DNA of 64,000 nt, from contig NW_005434651.1 in NCBI RefSeq assembly GCF_000315625.1, positions 478,045 through 542,044 of the forward strand, written 5' to 3'. Below the pieces are notes generated by a model, which did not search any database, was not told the DNA's origin, and saw only the letters and a program-made list of their open reading frames with translations. Numbering within the stretch: the stretch's first letter is position 1; each line of letters begins with the position of its first letter. Shown piece after piece: positions 1 through 14,700 of the stretch. The position numbers and the translations under genes were made by a program. The stretch comes from Guillardia theta CCMP2712. Lineage: Eukaryota; Protista; Cryptophyta.

Positions 1-2727
1 ATCTTCCCCGCGCAGACCGCTGACGATGCTGCAGAGATGCGTTTCTTCTGCCATGTCTCCCTCGTCGACGTGGCGTCTTTCTGCTCCCAGGGCGAGGACG
101 TGAACCTGCTCGTCACCCCCACCCCCTTCAAGTTCGGCCAGGGGACCTTCCGCGTCATCCTCCATGACAGCGGGGGGGTGCAGAATCGGGGGAGGGACGC
201 CAGTCCTTTCAACCTCACCATCCGTGTCCAGTCGCTTCCTCGGCTTCACCTCGCAGTGGAGTTCCCTTGTGACCTGGACCGCGGGTTCTCCACCTGCCAG
301 TCCAGCTTGAACTTGATCCAGGGCTCGTCCTGCGACGGCGACTACGAGTGGAGGATGATGCCGTGAGTGACGTGGCGCTGGTGGGGTAGGAGCTGACTTC
401 TGCTGGCTTGCAGCTCGAGGTCCCCATGGTTCGAAGACAGGTTCCAGAGCTTCTACCTCCCCGTCCTGCGCTCCTGCAACTTTTCCGGGCCCAATGCCTA
501 CCGCTTCTCCAACTTCACCCTCTTCCCAGGCGAGCACGCTAACTCCTCCGTCATCCCAGTCAACCAGTCGCTCATGCTGGACTTCGTGTCCCCCCCGGCC
601 CTCCGCGACCGAGAGCTCGCCTTCGAGCTGACGCCAGAGGCTCTCGGCTGCTACGACTTTCAGCTGCTGCACGTCTTCGCTGACAATCGGCGCGTCGCTC
701 ACAACCTCAGCATCTGCGTTCAGCCCCCGCTGTTCAACGCCACATCATCTATCAGCCTGCTTGGAGGGAGCGGGATGAATCTGGTCCCGACTGCTGTCTC
801 CGAGTTCAGCGACTGGCCCTGCCTGTTCCTCCCGATGCTCGTCGGCCTTGAGATCGTCAGCGCCAGGGACTCCCAGGGTGTCTTGCAATGTGACCCGAAG
901 TTCCGTGACTGCAAGTGCGTTGCACGAGATTGGAGTCAGGTACTGCTCTTCGTCCTCTTGTCCTCGTCCTCGTCCTTGTCCTCGTCCTTGTCCTTGTCCT
1001 CGTCCTCGTCCTCTTCCTCTTCCTCGTTCTCCTGTTCAACAACGCCACCGTCATTCTTGTCGCTCACATCATAATGCAGATGCAGTCCGAATATCAGCTC
1101 ATCCTCGACTACGATCTCCTCATCCTGAAAGCTTCTTTCCTCTCCAATCGCTCACTTTCCATCACAACAAGAGACTTCTTTACTGGCTTCTCTCCTGCTC
1201 ATGTAGCTTCCTCCTCCCACTTCTCGTCGGCGCTGACGCCTCGTCAGGTTCTGCTGCTCGTCTACGGCATCCCGACGTTCTCTGTCCCTACCGTCGTGCA
1301 CATCCTGCCTGTCAACACGTGAGTTTGAGCTGCGAAAAGAGTTGACACGATGTTTGTCGTTCCTTCTTGTCCCTCTAGTTCTCCTCCTCCTGCTCCTCCT
1401 GCTCCTCCTCCTCCTGCTCCTCCTCCTCCTCCTCCTTGCTTCTTGTCCTGCTTGTTGCTGTATCACCTTCTCAAGCTCCTGTGCCCTTCATCTTCATCCC
1501 TTCCGCCCCCGTCCCCCGCCTTCCTCTGACTCTTCTCGTCCTCACAGGGCGCCATCCTTTACTCTCAAGTCCAACGTCACGGTGACCCGTTCTCTCCCTT
1601 GCCTGACCCTCTTGACCCCCAGCCTCCAGGTCCTTCAAGGAACTTTCTGCAGGGCTCAGGGGGGGTGGGACCTCTCCTTTCCCAACCTCTCGCTCTCCGC
1701 GCCCTCCGGCTGTAACTTCCTCTTCCCCGGCTTCGCCTCGGACATCCTCCCAGGGCTCCCCGAGCGCGAAGTTTGCGGCAACTGCCTCGGCTCAGCTTCC
1801 TGCCAGCAGCAGGCAGTGTATGCTCGGGCATGCCAGCAAGTTTCCTTCGAGCTCTTCGTGGAGAGAAACCCCTTGCTCTTCCATGAGTTCCCTTCCATCT
1901 CCACCTCTGGAGCCCTTCAATTCATCCTCAACCCGGTCGAGAGCGGAGAGGTATCCCATGTCCTCCTCCTGCTCCTCTATCTGCCGATTGTCCTTGTGCC
2001 CTTGCCGCCACCGCCGCCGGACTGCTGCTACTACTCCTTCTCCTCCCCTTCTTTCTCCTCCTCCCCTCACTCTTCCTCCTCTCCCTACTCTGAGCTTCCT
2101 TGTTGACGTTCGCGCAGGCCCTGATTTCAGTGCGGCTGGTTGACGATGGAGGAACACAATATGGTGAGGAGGAGGAGGGAGGAAGAGGAGGAGGGTTTAG
2201 AAGGTGGAGGGTAGAGGAGGCAACCAGAAGGAGGGAGGAGCGAAGGAGGAAGAAGGAGGGAAATCAGAGTGGAGAGAGAGAAGGGGGCCAGTGGGTCGTG
2301 GGAGTTGTCTGACCGTGGTGCTTCGTCCAGGAGGAAACGATTCTTCGCCCCTCCAGCACTTCACCATCATCGTTCAAGGAGCGAACAGAAGTCCTTCCGT
2401 TGTCCTCAAGCGCAGCGTCCAGTGCACCACTGGCACAACTTCAGCTTCCTGCTCCTGTCCCAACGAAGCACAGGTCGTCTCCTCCAACGAGGCCTGCAGC
2501 GTGACGTCATCGAGAGCTGAGATCCAAGTGAGCGAACGCTCCCTTTCCTCCCCCCTCTTCACTTTTTCCTTCTCCCTCCCAGCTTCCTTCTTCTCACCTT
2601 CCGCCTTCTGTTCTACTTCATTACTCCTACCACTTCCCTCCCTCCTCTGCCTCATCCGTGACCTCCCTTTTCGTCCTCTAACTTTCCTCTTCTTCCCCCT
2701 GCTTTCCTCGCCCGTCTCCTTTCTTTT

Positions 2728-2772
<45 letters not shown>

Positions 2773-5700
2773 CTTCTCCCCTGCTGACTGGCTGCCTGCA
2801 GGTGCTCGAAGACTTCGGGGCGATCGAGCTCGAGGGGTTTGCGACGGAAGTTACATCCGGCGCTGCTCTCCCCTACGGCCTCAATATTTTCTCTCTCGAC
2901 AGCCAAGACCGACTTGCCTTCCAGGGAGTCAGGAAAGATAGCTACTACTCCTTTCCTGGGCTGGAGCCGCAGTCCAAGATCGCGATGTTCGTCCTAGTCC
3001 CTCCTGTTCCCACGGTCTGACCTCGTCTCTTGCTCCCTCCAGGTCCCCCAAGCTCGACCACGCGTACGTGGCTGGGTTCCTCAACTCTACCATCACCATC
3101 CTCGAGCACCAGGGGGCCCCGCAGACCATGAAGTTGCTGGATCGCCGCGGGAACGAGGAGAAGCGCTTTCGCTACCGCCAGGGGAGCTCATTCAGCACTC
3201 AGAATCCGTGAGTTTCCCACAGGCTATTAGCCCTCTTCACTCCCGGTCGCTGACCCCCTCGCCCCGCAGATGCTCGAGTACGATCTTGGACTCTGCTACT
3301 GGCCAGCTCCTCGTCGTGAGTCAGGGCTGCTCCAACGAGAGGGCCGGGGCTCCCCTCGACGTCTGGAACGACCCCAACACGGACATGGTGGAGAAATTCA
3401 TCCAAGCCAACAAGCTCGGCTACCTGTGGCCCAGTACCATCGCGTAATCTCATCTACCACTTCTCGTCCTCGTCCTTGTTCTCCACTTATCCTCCTCGCC
3501 CTTCTCGCTTCTTGTCCGCTTCCATGTTCTCGTCCTGCTTTCCATGTTCATCTCTGACCGTCTGGCAGTTACTGGGAGCTCCGGAGCTCACTGGCTGAAG
3601 GAAAGATCTCCTACGATGCAGCCACGTTGACGAGGATATGCGGCTCTACCATCACCTCTTCCGTATCAGTGGAGCCTGGCAGGTTCAGCGACCTCACCGG
3701 AAACTTTCCAGACGCCGAGCTGGACGTCTGCAAGATGACCGCGAACCCGCAGAACCTCAACTCCTTCGTCCTCAACAACGCGCTTGACGAGGGCATGCAG
3801 TTCCCCTCCGAGTTCACCAGCGGCCTCTTCGTGACCCGGTCGCTGACCTCCATCCTGTCGCTCCTCCCGACCAACAACGTCACGTTCGAGACCTGGGTCT
3901 TGTTCTACCCCCTGGCTTCAGCCGCCGACCAGGGCATCTTCTCCCTTGTCAACGACGTAGGGGTTCCCCTTGGCACCAGCCTGTTCTACTCGCAGACGTC
4001 CTCGTCCTGCACGCTGAAGTGGGACGTGATCATCACAGCTGGGCAGAGGCTGCAGACGGTTACAGCAAGCATCCCTGCCTTCAAGACTCAGTCCTGGTAC
4101 CACATCGTCCTCACCTTCGACGGATTCGACGCTCTCATCTACGTCAACTCGCTAGTCATCGGCAAAGTCTCCATCTGCACCCCCCCGACTGCCTGTGAGA
4201 TCTACTACCCCGGGCGCGCAGCCTCCGACAGGGTGGGTACCTTCACCTTAGGCCGAGGAAGAGATTCCTTGGGGGGTGTCAACTACAACCTGATGGGAAT
4301 CATGTCGACGTTCAAGATGTACAGGGTGAGGCTCAACGGGTCAGAGGTGGAGGAGGCGTACAACGCGCGCAGCGCCTTCAAGAACACTACCTTCTCCATG
4401 GACTCTTACTGGTTTCGCGCGGAGACCACCACGAACGACGCTTCTCCCTCCCTCCTTAGCTCGGCTGCTGCTGACCCTCACACCCTCGAGGTATTCGGGG
4501 CGTTCAAGAACAGCATGCTGTACGCCTGCAGGTGGATAGTTGGGGCTGACTCGGTGGAGACGAGGGCAATACTGGAGAAGGATCGCTGTACCGGATCCAC
4601 CACCGTCTCTTGCGCAATCAAGTGCAGCACCCCGCTATGGCCGCTGGGCTACAGGACGAGCAAGTTTGCGGTGGTGGAGAAGAGCAGCTGGGCGTCTCCT
4701 GGGGCCAACTTGTGGCAGATCGTCTGCTTCGCAGAGCTCGGGTTCGGGTGCACCAAGGGAAGCGTGGCGGGGTCGACCTTCTCAAGCAAGCTTTGGAGCA
4801 CCGAGTTCGAGCTGACGGGGGCCCGGGGGGACGTGACTTACTTCGTCTTCTACACCCAGAGCTTCGTGAAGCAGCTGGACGCGAGGGGCAGGACAGTGCG
4901 GGACAAACCGTTCACCTTCAGGGAGGCGGTGGGGCTGGGGACGGCGGAGGTTACTTTCTTCAGAGACCCTGTGCTGAGGTCAAGGGTCATGGCGATGGCC
5001 AACTACTGGGACGGGGCTGATGTGAACACGTTCTCCAGTCTCTCCCTCTTCGACGAGACTACCCTGCAGGCCTCCCCCCTCCAGCTGATCCCCACCAGCG
5101 GAGCAACCCAGTTGGTTGCGGTCAACGTGACCGGTGGTTCCTCGGTCTCCCCGGCTGTCTTCATCGCCGTCGCCAACTACCACGGCCAAGTCCAGCTGTT
5201 CCCTTGGAGGACTGACAGGGCAGTGCGCAGGATCAGCCTGACCTTCTCGGGCCAGGGATACGTGTCGGGCCACCTTGCCATAGTCGCCGAGCAGGGCTCA
5301 GGGTTCTGGGCCTCCCTAACAGCTACTCCCCTCGTCTTCGTCCCCTCCACCAACTCCTTTGTGGGCGGCTCTCTTCGATGTGACCAGAACTTCTCCTGCG
5401 CCTCGATCCTTTCTCAGGGCGCCGGGTACTCGTCCGAGCCCATCAACGGCCTCGGCTCGCAACTAGCAGGCCTTGACAGCTCCTGCAAGGTTGCCAGCTG
5501 TGACCCGTTCCAGCCGAGCAAGCAGTGCAAGCTGGATCACGAGCTGGCCTGCAGCTCGCTCCTGGTGCAGGGGCAGGTGGAGGTCAGGTACCCCAGGGGA
5601 TGCGCGGTGGACGACTCCGGCTGCTACAACACATCCATGACCAACTCCATCACCAGCATCCGCCTCGCTTCCTCCCTTACGGGCGCAAACTTGACCCATT

Positions 5701-8700
5701 CCAACAGGTGCTACCGGCCATCAAGGATCTTCCACCGCAACGGCTTCGGCCGCAGCGTCTCCGTCAGCTACACAGTTAGGCAGAACGGGTCCCTCAGCTC
5801 CCTCTCGTTCCTCCAGGCTGCTGACCATGGTTCCAACTACACCTCCGACCCCTGGCTGGACGTCGAGGACGACCAGTGCAGCTGCGGGACTACCATCTCC
5901 GAGCTGCGGATCGTCGATGGAGGGGAGGGATACACTGCCGGGTACATCACAGCGTCTGGTGCGGCAGACAGGCAGGCAGCGACGGCAGGGCAAGGGTTTC
6001 TAGCATACTACGACGTGAAGGGGAACCTGACCGAGCTCAAAGTGCTCCAGACAGCTATCGGCTTCACGAGCATCCAGGACGTCGACATCACCCCCAAGCT
6101 GGACGTCAAGTACATCACGACCTTCTCGCTCAACTCCATCCTCCTCCTGGAGCAGGGGAACTGCTTCAGCAACCTCACTGTAGCCTCCGTCGAGCTCCCG
6201 GATGCCGTGGGGGCAGTACCAGCCCAGGTCAACGTGACGTGGGTACCTGACCTGAGCTCGTTCTGCAACAAGTCCATCGGAGCTCGGTACCGGCCCGCCG
6301 CTCTCAATGTCATTGTAGGTGGCAACGGGTACACCCGGATCCCCCGGGTGACCTTCGTCGACCCAGTTCCAGACAAGAACAGCATCCAGCCCATCATCAT
6401 GCCTCGCATGCAGCTCGACTACATCTACGTCAACCATGACTTCAAGAAAGCCTCGTGGCAGGTCCGCCAGTCCGATCGCGTCCTCACGGTCGAGAAGAAC
6501 TGGGCCCGTTGGTTCCAGGACAGCGTGCAGACGGCCCAGTATGTGACCAAGTTCGACGACACCACCAACAAGTCTAAGGGGGTCGACGTGTCGATGAAGC
6601 TGCAGCACTACTCCACCATCGTCAAGAGCTCGGAGTACGCAAGCTACATGGTCCAGAACTGCGACGACAGCCTGCTGCCCTCCAGCTGGGACGCGTACGA
6701 AGTCTTGGTGGATGTGCTTAACGCCAACCTGAGCAACTTCTCGTACAGGCTCCTCAATGGCAGCACCTGGAAGGGGGCCGTGCCCACCACAACTCTCGAG
6801 CTGTGCAAGAAGGTCTGCCTGCTGGAGTCTTGCTCGGCCATCACTTTCGGTCCAAACAGCAATTCCCTGCTTGGGGAGTGCTGGATGAGTACGCGGTTCA
6901 ACCCCGACTCCGAGCAGTCGACAATCTGGAGCGTCTCTCCCTCCCTCTGCGTCGCCCCGACGCCCAACGGCAGGAAGTGCCGGGACCTTGACTGGAAGGA
7001 TATCTACAACAGAACCTGCGCCATCTACCAGAACCGCTCGCTCTGCTCTCAGACCGGCACCTTCTACAACGGCACCTTCTTCCCCAAGCTCGGAAGCGGG
7101 TGGAACTTCAGCGGGTTCAACGGCACCGACGCCTCCTACATGCTGCCTCCCTTCAACGGGGCCAACGCCTCGTCCGCCTGCTGCTTCTGCGGGAGGACGG
7201 GAGCTGGTTTCAAGGTCTTTCTGCGCCAGTACGGTAACCTGACCGTCTACCCTAAGTCTGTACAGGATCTCCTGTGCTCTCCTTACCCCACCAACGCCTC
7301 CAGCTGCACGCTTCCCATGTACATGACGCCGTTCCCTGGCGGAGTGAACCGGTGTTGCTTCGATAGGAGGAGCAAGGTTCCCGTCAAGATAGGCAAGTGC
7401 ACTAGCGCGACCAACTGCCAGCCCGTCGCTCTCGGCGTCGTCAACGTGAACTTCGACGCCTCCCCCCAGTCGGTCGTCCTGGACGCCAGCAAGCTGACCT
7501 CTGTCGTCCTTCCCGGGCAGGTCGGCGAGAACTGCTGGATGACCTTCGTGGATCCTCTATACTCCACCACCGTCCCCGTAGACGTCTTGGGCGCGAGGGT
7601 CGAGGCCGTGGTGGAGGGAGCGGTGAGCGCAGTGTCGATCAAGAAGCGGGGCCAGCACTACACGCAGGAGCCTTTCCTGGTCCTCTGGCTGTACACAAAG
7701 CAGTCGAATCACAACAGGAGCCTGTGGAACTACAAGGACGACAACACTTTCTTCTTCTACCGTCCTGCCAGCATCTACTTCCGCGTCGGCTTCGGAAACG
7801 CCTCAGGTACCTTCCAGGGCCTCAACTTGGTTAAGATGTGCGAGGGGGACCCCACCTGCCTTCTTGCTCCCTTCGGACAGGGGTACGGCCCCTGCATCAC
7901 TCTGACAAGAGCCAGCGGAGCCCAGCTAGTGGCCAGCACATCCTATGTGGACCTGGAGGGAGTGACGACCCTCAGTACCGCCGGCTCCTCCCGGGTCGTT
8001 CAGTTCGAGGCAGGAGGAGCGACATATCTGGCGGTCGCCAATGGCGCAAACGAGAGCAGAACAGAGCTGCTGCCGAGTCCTCCTAGGGGCTCACCTGGGG
8101 CCCTGGCGTTCAACTCCCCCTCCTTCCAGAACTTCGTCGCGGTCCAGCAGACAACCAGCAGCCAGGTCTACATGCTCTCCTTGGCCTCCGATGGTAGGTT
8201 GCAGCAGCAGCTAGTGTACGAGCTGGAAACCTCGGGGGCGCGTGACGTCACCTACTTCGAGTTCTCCGGCAGGAAGTTCCTCGCCTTCGCCCAGGAGGCG
8301 GCGCAAACTTCCCTTCTGCTGGAGGTCAAGGCGGACCAGCTCGGGAGGCCGATCTTCGAGCTCCTCCAGCTCATCCCCACCAACGGGGCCAGGAGGATGC
8401 ATGCCTTCAGCCCAGCCTACCCTAACGACCTCTTCCTCTTCGTGGCTCAGACCGGCAACGCCTCGCAGTGCATCTACGACGACCCCCTCCAGCTGACGCC
8501 CACCTGCGGACCGGAGGGAGCGAGCCTGCTCGCGGACGACCTTCTGACCTCCTCCCCCCTCAAGATTGAGCTCGAGCAGGCTCGCGACGTGGACGGGCGG
8601 CTGGCACAGTCGATGATGCTGCGATGGAACGGGACCCTCTTTCAGGGAGTCAACTCGGTCAAGACACTCGTCAAGGACCTGGCCGGGGGTCAGGCCTTCG

Positions 8701-11700
8701 CATCCACCTCTGCCGTGGACCTGCTGCCGTTCGCGGCCAAGACGGGAGAACCCATGGTGGCCCTGCTGAACTCGCAGTCGGAGGACGTGTGCTTCGACAA
8801 TCCGATGGAGAACTGCAGCTACTTCGGGGGAGACACCAAGGAGGGCTGGTGCAGCAAGACGAAGATGTACGAATGTGACAAGTGCCCCAAGACATGTGGG
8901 ACTTGCAAGGTCTGCTCGAACCTCTACAGGAGCTTCCAAGATGGCATCTGTGTTGATCAGCCACCAGCTACTCTCCTCACCTTCAACATCTCCGTCCCCT
9001 GCTCCAGCATTGACTGCAAGAGCTTCCCTAGCTGCGTCGTCTGCCCCGCAACCTGTGGCAAGTGTCAGGACTGCGCTCTCCTGGTTGCCAAGGGATGGCG
9101 GCAGTGGTACGGGCCATCCGACAACTCGCAGTCTCTCCTCTCCACTGGAACGGTGGAAGAGGTTGCGGCGCTGGAGGGACCATCGTCCCTGGTTGTTTCA
9201 CCGGATGGGCAGCATGTGTACGTAGCGAGTTACCTCTCCAGCTCCATCCTGCTGTTTGACCGTGACCAGACGACCGGCCTGCTGTCGCACAGGAAGGAGG
9301 AAACGGTCACGGACCTGTTCAACCTCGCCGCTCTCACCGACATCGCCATCACCAAGGACGGGAGGCATGTTTACGTCTCCAGCTTCGAACGCGGCAGCGT
9401 CATCGTCTTCACCCGCGCCATCCCGAGCGGGAGCCTCAACAGGACGGGGATGTTTGTGAGTGGGATGAGGGATGGGGCAGGCAAGCTTATCGACGGGACC
9501 CTCGGAGCTCAAGGCCTCTTCCTCGATGCTCTTGACCGTCACCTTTACGTCGCCGGCTTCCTCGACCAAGGCTTCGCCGTCTTCTCCAGGGACGCAGGTG
9601 ACGGGAGTTTGAAGTTCGTAGACCGGATCAAGAACGGGGAGAGGATCTTCCCTGACGTCATCGACCCCGAGGCTTCTGTAGGGGTCAAGACCATCCCAGC
9701 GGACGGGAAGAACCTAACAGCAGGAGGAGGATGTAGCTTCACTGTGCCCAGCGGGACGTACTTGGTCGCTTCCTTGGCGTCCCTCCCGCAGTCTGTCCCC
9801 AACGTCATCGAGGTGCTCAGGTACGACAGGCTCAAGGACGACTGGACGAGTGTACAGGCGATGCGGCAGGAGGAGGCGATCCTTGACTTGACCTCCTTCT
9901 TCATCGACGACTTGTCGGGGGTGCGGAGGACGTACCTTGCCGCTGCCATGTCGGTGGTGAACGGGAATGGGAAGGTGATGATCTTCGAGTGGAACGACGT
10001 AAAGACAGCGTTCGTCTTCCACCACTCCCTGTCTCCCTTCCAGGCTCTTCCTACCGACCTCCTCCACCCTCGCCGCGTCCTTCACTTCTCCGCCGCCTCC
10101 ACGGGAGACGACTTTCTTGCCGTCGCGTTTGACACGTACGACAACCGCACGTCAAACATCCAGCTCTTCTTGTGGAACAAACTCGGCCAGACCCGGCTCA
10201 ACGACAGCTCAGTCGTAGCTGGGAGCGGTTTTGACATCTTTCAGCTGATTCCCTCAGCTGGAGCGGTTGACATCGACCACCTACAAACTTCCTGCAGCTG
10301 TCCTGCAGCTGCAGGCGGCACCTGCCCGCTTCAAGACATCCTCTTCATCTCCAATGCCCTTCCCAGCAGTGGCATCAACTCGCTAGAGGGCTGGAGGTTT
10401 GTTCCCGGCGCCTCGCTAGCAGATGCGCGCGTCGGTATCGTGGGAAGGGCAGGAAGGTTCGAGAAGACCTTTGGGTACTCGGCCGGTCAGTCCTTCTCCC
10501 TATCTGTCAAGTCGTTCAGAACCTCGGATGAGGGATGCTTTCTGGCTGCGGTCATAGCCGACCAGGCTGACTGTAACGCCGTCTTTGTGTTCAAGTACCT
10601 CGGAGGGGAGGCAGCATCGTCGTCAGCATGTCCGCTGCAGGGGATCTCCTGTACGGACCCTCACGCCTCCCTCTGCAACTTCTGCATCTTTCAACGCATG
10701 GACGCCAGGACTCTGCCTGCGAGGGGAAAGCCAGTCGCCCGATGGATCCCCCACTCCTCCTCCTCCTCCTCCTCCTCCTCCTCCTCCTCCTCCTCCTCCT
10801 CCTTGATCTGTGGCACCAACGCAAGTGTAGGAAACATCAACGGAGCACGGGCCCTCCATCACTTCAAGTCTGGCAACGAGCACTACCTGGCCATCGCTCA
10901 GTCCCGCTGCCAGGTCCGCGGGAAGGACTGGATGAGTTCTTCCTTGTCCTGCCCTCAGAGCTTGGCCTCCTCCCCTCGCTCTGCTGTGCTCCAGTGGAAC
11001 GCGTCAGGCTTCACCGAGCTCACCACCCTGACGCGCGAGACGGAGGCTACCCTACGAGGACACCAGCTGACATCTGAGGAGCGAGATATCCATCTCTACT
11101 CCTTCCGCATCAGCGCTGGTCTTCGCTCCTCCTTCCTCTATGTCGAAGTACCTCCCCCCGATTCCTCCGCAGGACCCAAGACGCTTCTCCTCTGCTTCTC
11201 CTCCTCCTACGGCGCTTTCAGCCTCGACTGGTCGTTCCCCGTCGTCTCCGGCATGAACGGAACTTCCTCTCTCCTTGTCATCGAGCCGGCGAGCCAGTCC
11301 TGCACCCTCGCCCCCTCCATCTGTAGCGCCGCCCCCATCACCTTGGGGTCGTACGTGATCTCAGCAGCAAGGATTGACAGGACGGTCAGCTCAGTCTTGC
11401 AGTCTCCCGTCCTCGATCACCTCCAGGAGGTCGTCAGCTGGCTGAAGCCGAACTTGACCGTCTCCTCTCAAGCTGACGACTTCACTGCCGGCGACCCAGA
11501 CCTCCGGGGAGCCTCCGAGGTCCTCCTCCTCGACGTCAGCACCTTCGATGTGCTGAACACGGCATCCAGCAACGCAACTACCAGCCAGTGGAGGTCGGTC
11601 CTTGGCGTGAGGACGCAGCAGACTTCGTTCGAGGCTGCATGCGACTTGTTCCCTCGTCCCTCCTGCCAGCCCGTCAACCTCCAAGTCCATCAGATCTCGG

Positions 11701-14700
11701 GGGACCCAGGGCTCCTGTCGGAGCCTCCGGTCCTGTACAGCAACGGCAAGCTGAAGCTCTCCTCCTCCAGCCACATGGTGGGATCTGCGGTGTTCCGCGT
11801 CCTAGTGCAGGACGGGCAGGCGACGAGAGGCTCGTCGGCAGCGAGCTACTTCCTGCTGACTGTCGTCCCTGTTGACGACCCTCCTGCCTTCGTCCCCCAT
11901 GACGTCTCTGCCGTCGTCAACTCCGGCATGCAGACGCTGGTGTTTGCGACCAACGTGACGCCGGGAGTGACAACGAGGGTGAGCCAGCTGGGGAGGTACC
12001 AGGAGAACGCGTCGACCCACTTCGTCCTCAACGTCAGCACTTGCGTGCGCAACCAGCTCGCGACAGGGGAGGAGCAGAATTGTGCTCAAGACCTGAGCAG
12101 CTTCTTCTCGGTTCCTCCCTCAACCTCTGTGATCCAATCGGATGACGGCTACATCGGCACCATCACGTTCGAGGTGGCGCGGAACGTGACAGGGTACGTG
12201 AATTTCAGAGTTGTGCTGGTGGAGAACATCGTAGGAGGTAAGAACAGTGAGACATTCCTCTTGCCTACTCGTTCTGATATCTCCTCTCCCCCCTTGCCTC
12301 CTCCTTCTCCTTCTCCTCCCCTTGCTCCTCCCTCTCGCCTTACTCCCTGTCCTCCTCTCCTCCTCCTCTCTCCGTCTTCGATCCCACAGGCAAAGCATCT
12401 CAGGTGAATTCCTTCACGCTGGTGGTCGAGCCAGTCAACCTGCAGCCCTACTTCGACCTCGCCCCCCTCATCTCCGTCTACAGCGACGCTCGTCCTCTCG
12501 TCAAGGGCATCGTCGGCAACCAGTCTGTCTGTTCCACCCCCTCTTCCTCCCTGGCCACCTCCCTCACCTGCAAGGAGCCACTCGAAAACCTTCTTGATCA
12601 GTGCCAGTGGTTCGAGAGGAACCAGACTTACGACCTCTTCATCTCCAACATCCAAGTGGTCGAGAGCTCTCCTCCTGTAGACTTTCAGCGCATCAAGCTG
12701 AACCTGGGCGATTTCTTTGCTTCCTCTACCTTCTCCCTCGTCTGCGGGGCTTCCGCTCCCAAAGTCTACATCCTCTCCGACTTGTCCCAACTCTACACAG
12801 CTGGAGGAGAAGCAACGCTGGAGCAGCAGCTCGTCTCGCAGTACTGTCAGGCTTGCGCCGCTCAGACGTGCTCGGGCACGCTCAACGTGAAGTCTCCCGT
12901 CCTCTCCTCCTCAGGGTGCCTGACGTTCGAGGCGCTACCTGACCGGCATGCCGTCCTCAACGTGACGGTGGAGATGAGGGACTCAGGGGGGGTCAGCAGG
13001 GGAGGCATCGACACGACGAGCAGGAGCATGCTGGTCAAGATTCTCAAGACCAACTCCCCTCCCGTACTCTTCACCAGGAGCAAGGTCACTCTCTTCGAAG
13101 CCTCCTCCTCCTTCTACCAGTACCTCCCGCTCCTGCAAAACGTCTCCGCGGGGGTCAACGAGGACTACCAGCAAGTCACCGTCACCATCTCCAGCATCGC
13201 CTCTCAGACCGTCCTCTTCCAAGAGCCCCCGCTCATCATGCCAGACGGCCTCCTGCGCGTCAGGCTCGAGCCCTTCCGCACAGGGTCTGTCACCATCCAC
13301 TTCCTCCTACGGTATTCTCGTGCTCTTTTTTGAGGGGGGTCTGACATGCTCGCAGCGACAACGGGGGGACTGACAACGGCGGGGAAGACTCCTCGTCCTC
13401 CATTGTCTTCATCCACGTCATCCCTTACAACATGGACCCTCTGTGTAACTTCCCTGCTACGCTGACGGTTGATATCTCTTCACTCCTCCTCCTCCTCCTC
13501 CCTTCTCCCTCCTCCTCCTCTTCCTTCAAATTGATCCTCTTCCTTTCGATTAATCCTCTTCATCCTTCGCTTTCGTGTCCCATCTCTGCATACTGCATGT
13601 TTCGCTTCTCCTGAACGGACCGGACCGCCTGCCAGGTGTCGGAGAATGCTGGCCTCATTCGCATCCATCGGTTTGCGCAGAGCTTGATACCAGGGAAAGG
13701 AGGAGAAATATGGCAGGTAAGGGAGCGAGGCAACAGGGTAGGGAGGACCTGACGTGTTCGTGTATAGGAGATGATTTTCAACGTTTCGATCCCCCTCACC
13801 AGTGAGAGTCTGTTCGTCCCAGGACTGTTTGACATGCAGACATGTTCGTCGACAGTGTGCGCGTCGCAGGTGTGGCTGACAGCACACAGGGATATCATGG
13901 GATGTTTGCTGATTTGTTCTATGTTTGCTGTATCTTATTCATGTTTGCTGTACTACTTTGTGTTTGCTATGCTATGTCTTTTGCTATACTGCTTTCTTCA
14001 CTTGTTGTACATCCTTCTATGTTTGTTCTGCTTCATGCTACGTGCTCAACTTTGTTCATGCTTGCTCTCCTTCTGATCGCAACCCCCCAACTCTCATTCA
14101 CATGCTCCCTCCCAACCACAATCTTCTCTCCTCTATCGCTTGCTCACTCCCTTTGGCAGACCTGCTCCTCCTCTCCTTCCTCCTGCTTCTCCAAGTTTCC
14201 TTCCATCGACTCTCAAGGCACCCTGCTGATGCGCAGCAAGTTCAACGCGCATGGGGCCACCAGGCTCCTCCTGCAGTACCGCGACGAGGCGACGAGCAGC
14301 TGGGGCGAGCAGCTGGTTGATCTCGAGGTCGTACCCGTCCCGCGCGTCTTCTCCGTCATCCCCTGCTTCGGTCCCATAGCAGGAGGAAGCTCCCTGACCA
14401 TCAGGGGCCAGTTCTTCCAGGCCACCGGGAGGAGGTGACGGGCCGGGCGCGAAGTCAGTTGGTACTGAGCTGGTGCAAGCAGGAGCATGAGGAGCGAACT
14501 CGCCATCGGAAAGTCGTTTCCTCCTCAGCATGTCGTGCGTTCGGACGTGGAGATCGTCGCCATGACGTCCCCTGGGATCGGATCAGCCTCAGTCGTCATC
14601 AAGTTTTCCCACGACGTATCCTCTCTCCTTTCCATCCCTCCCTCTCCCTCCCTCCCTCCCTCCCTCCTCCTCCTCTCTCTCGTTCTTCTTCCTTACAAGC

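Noticed and set aside
848-2941. ORFs with poly-Leu/Ser/Arg/Pro runs
   Set aside because: They are read-through translations of intronic microsatellites.
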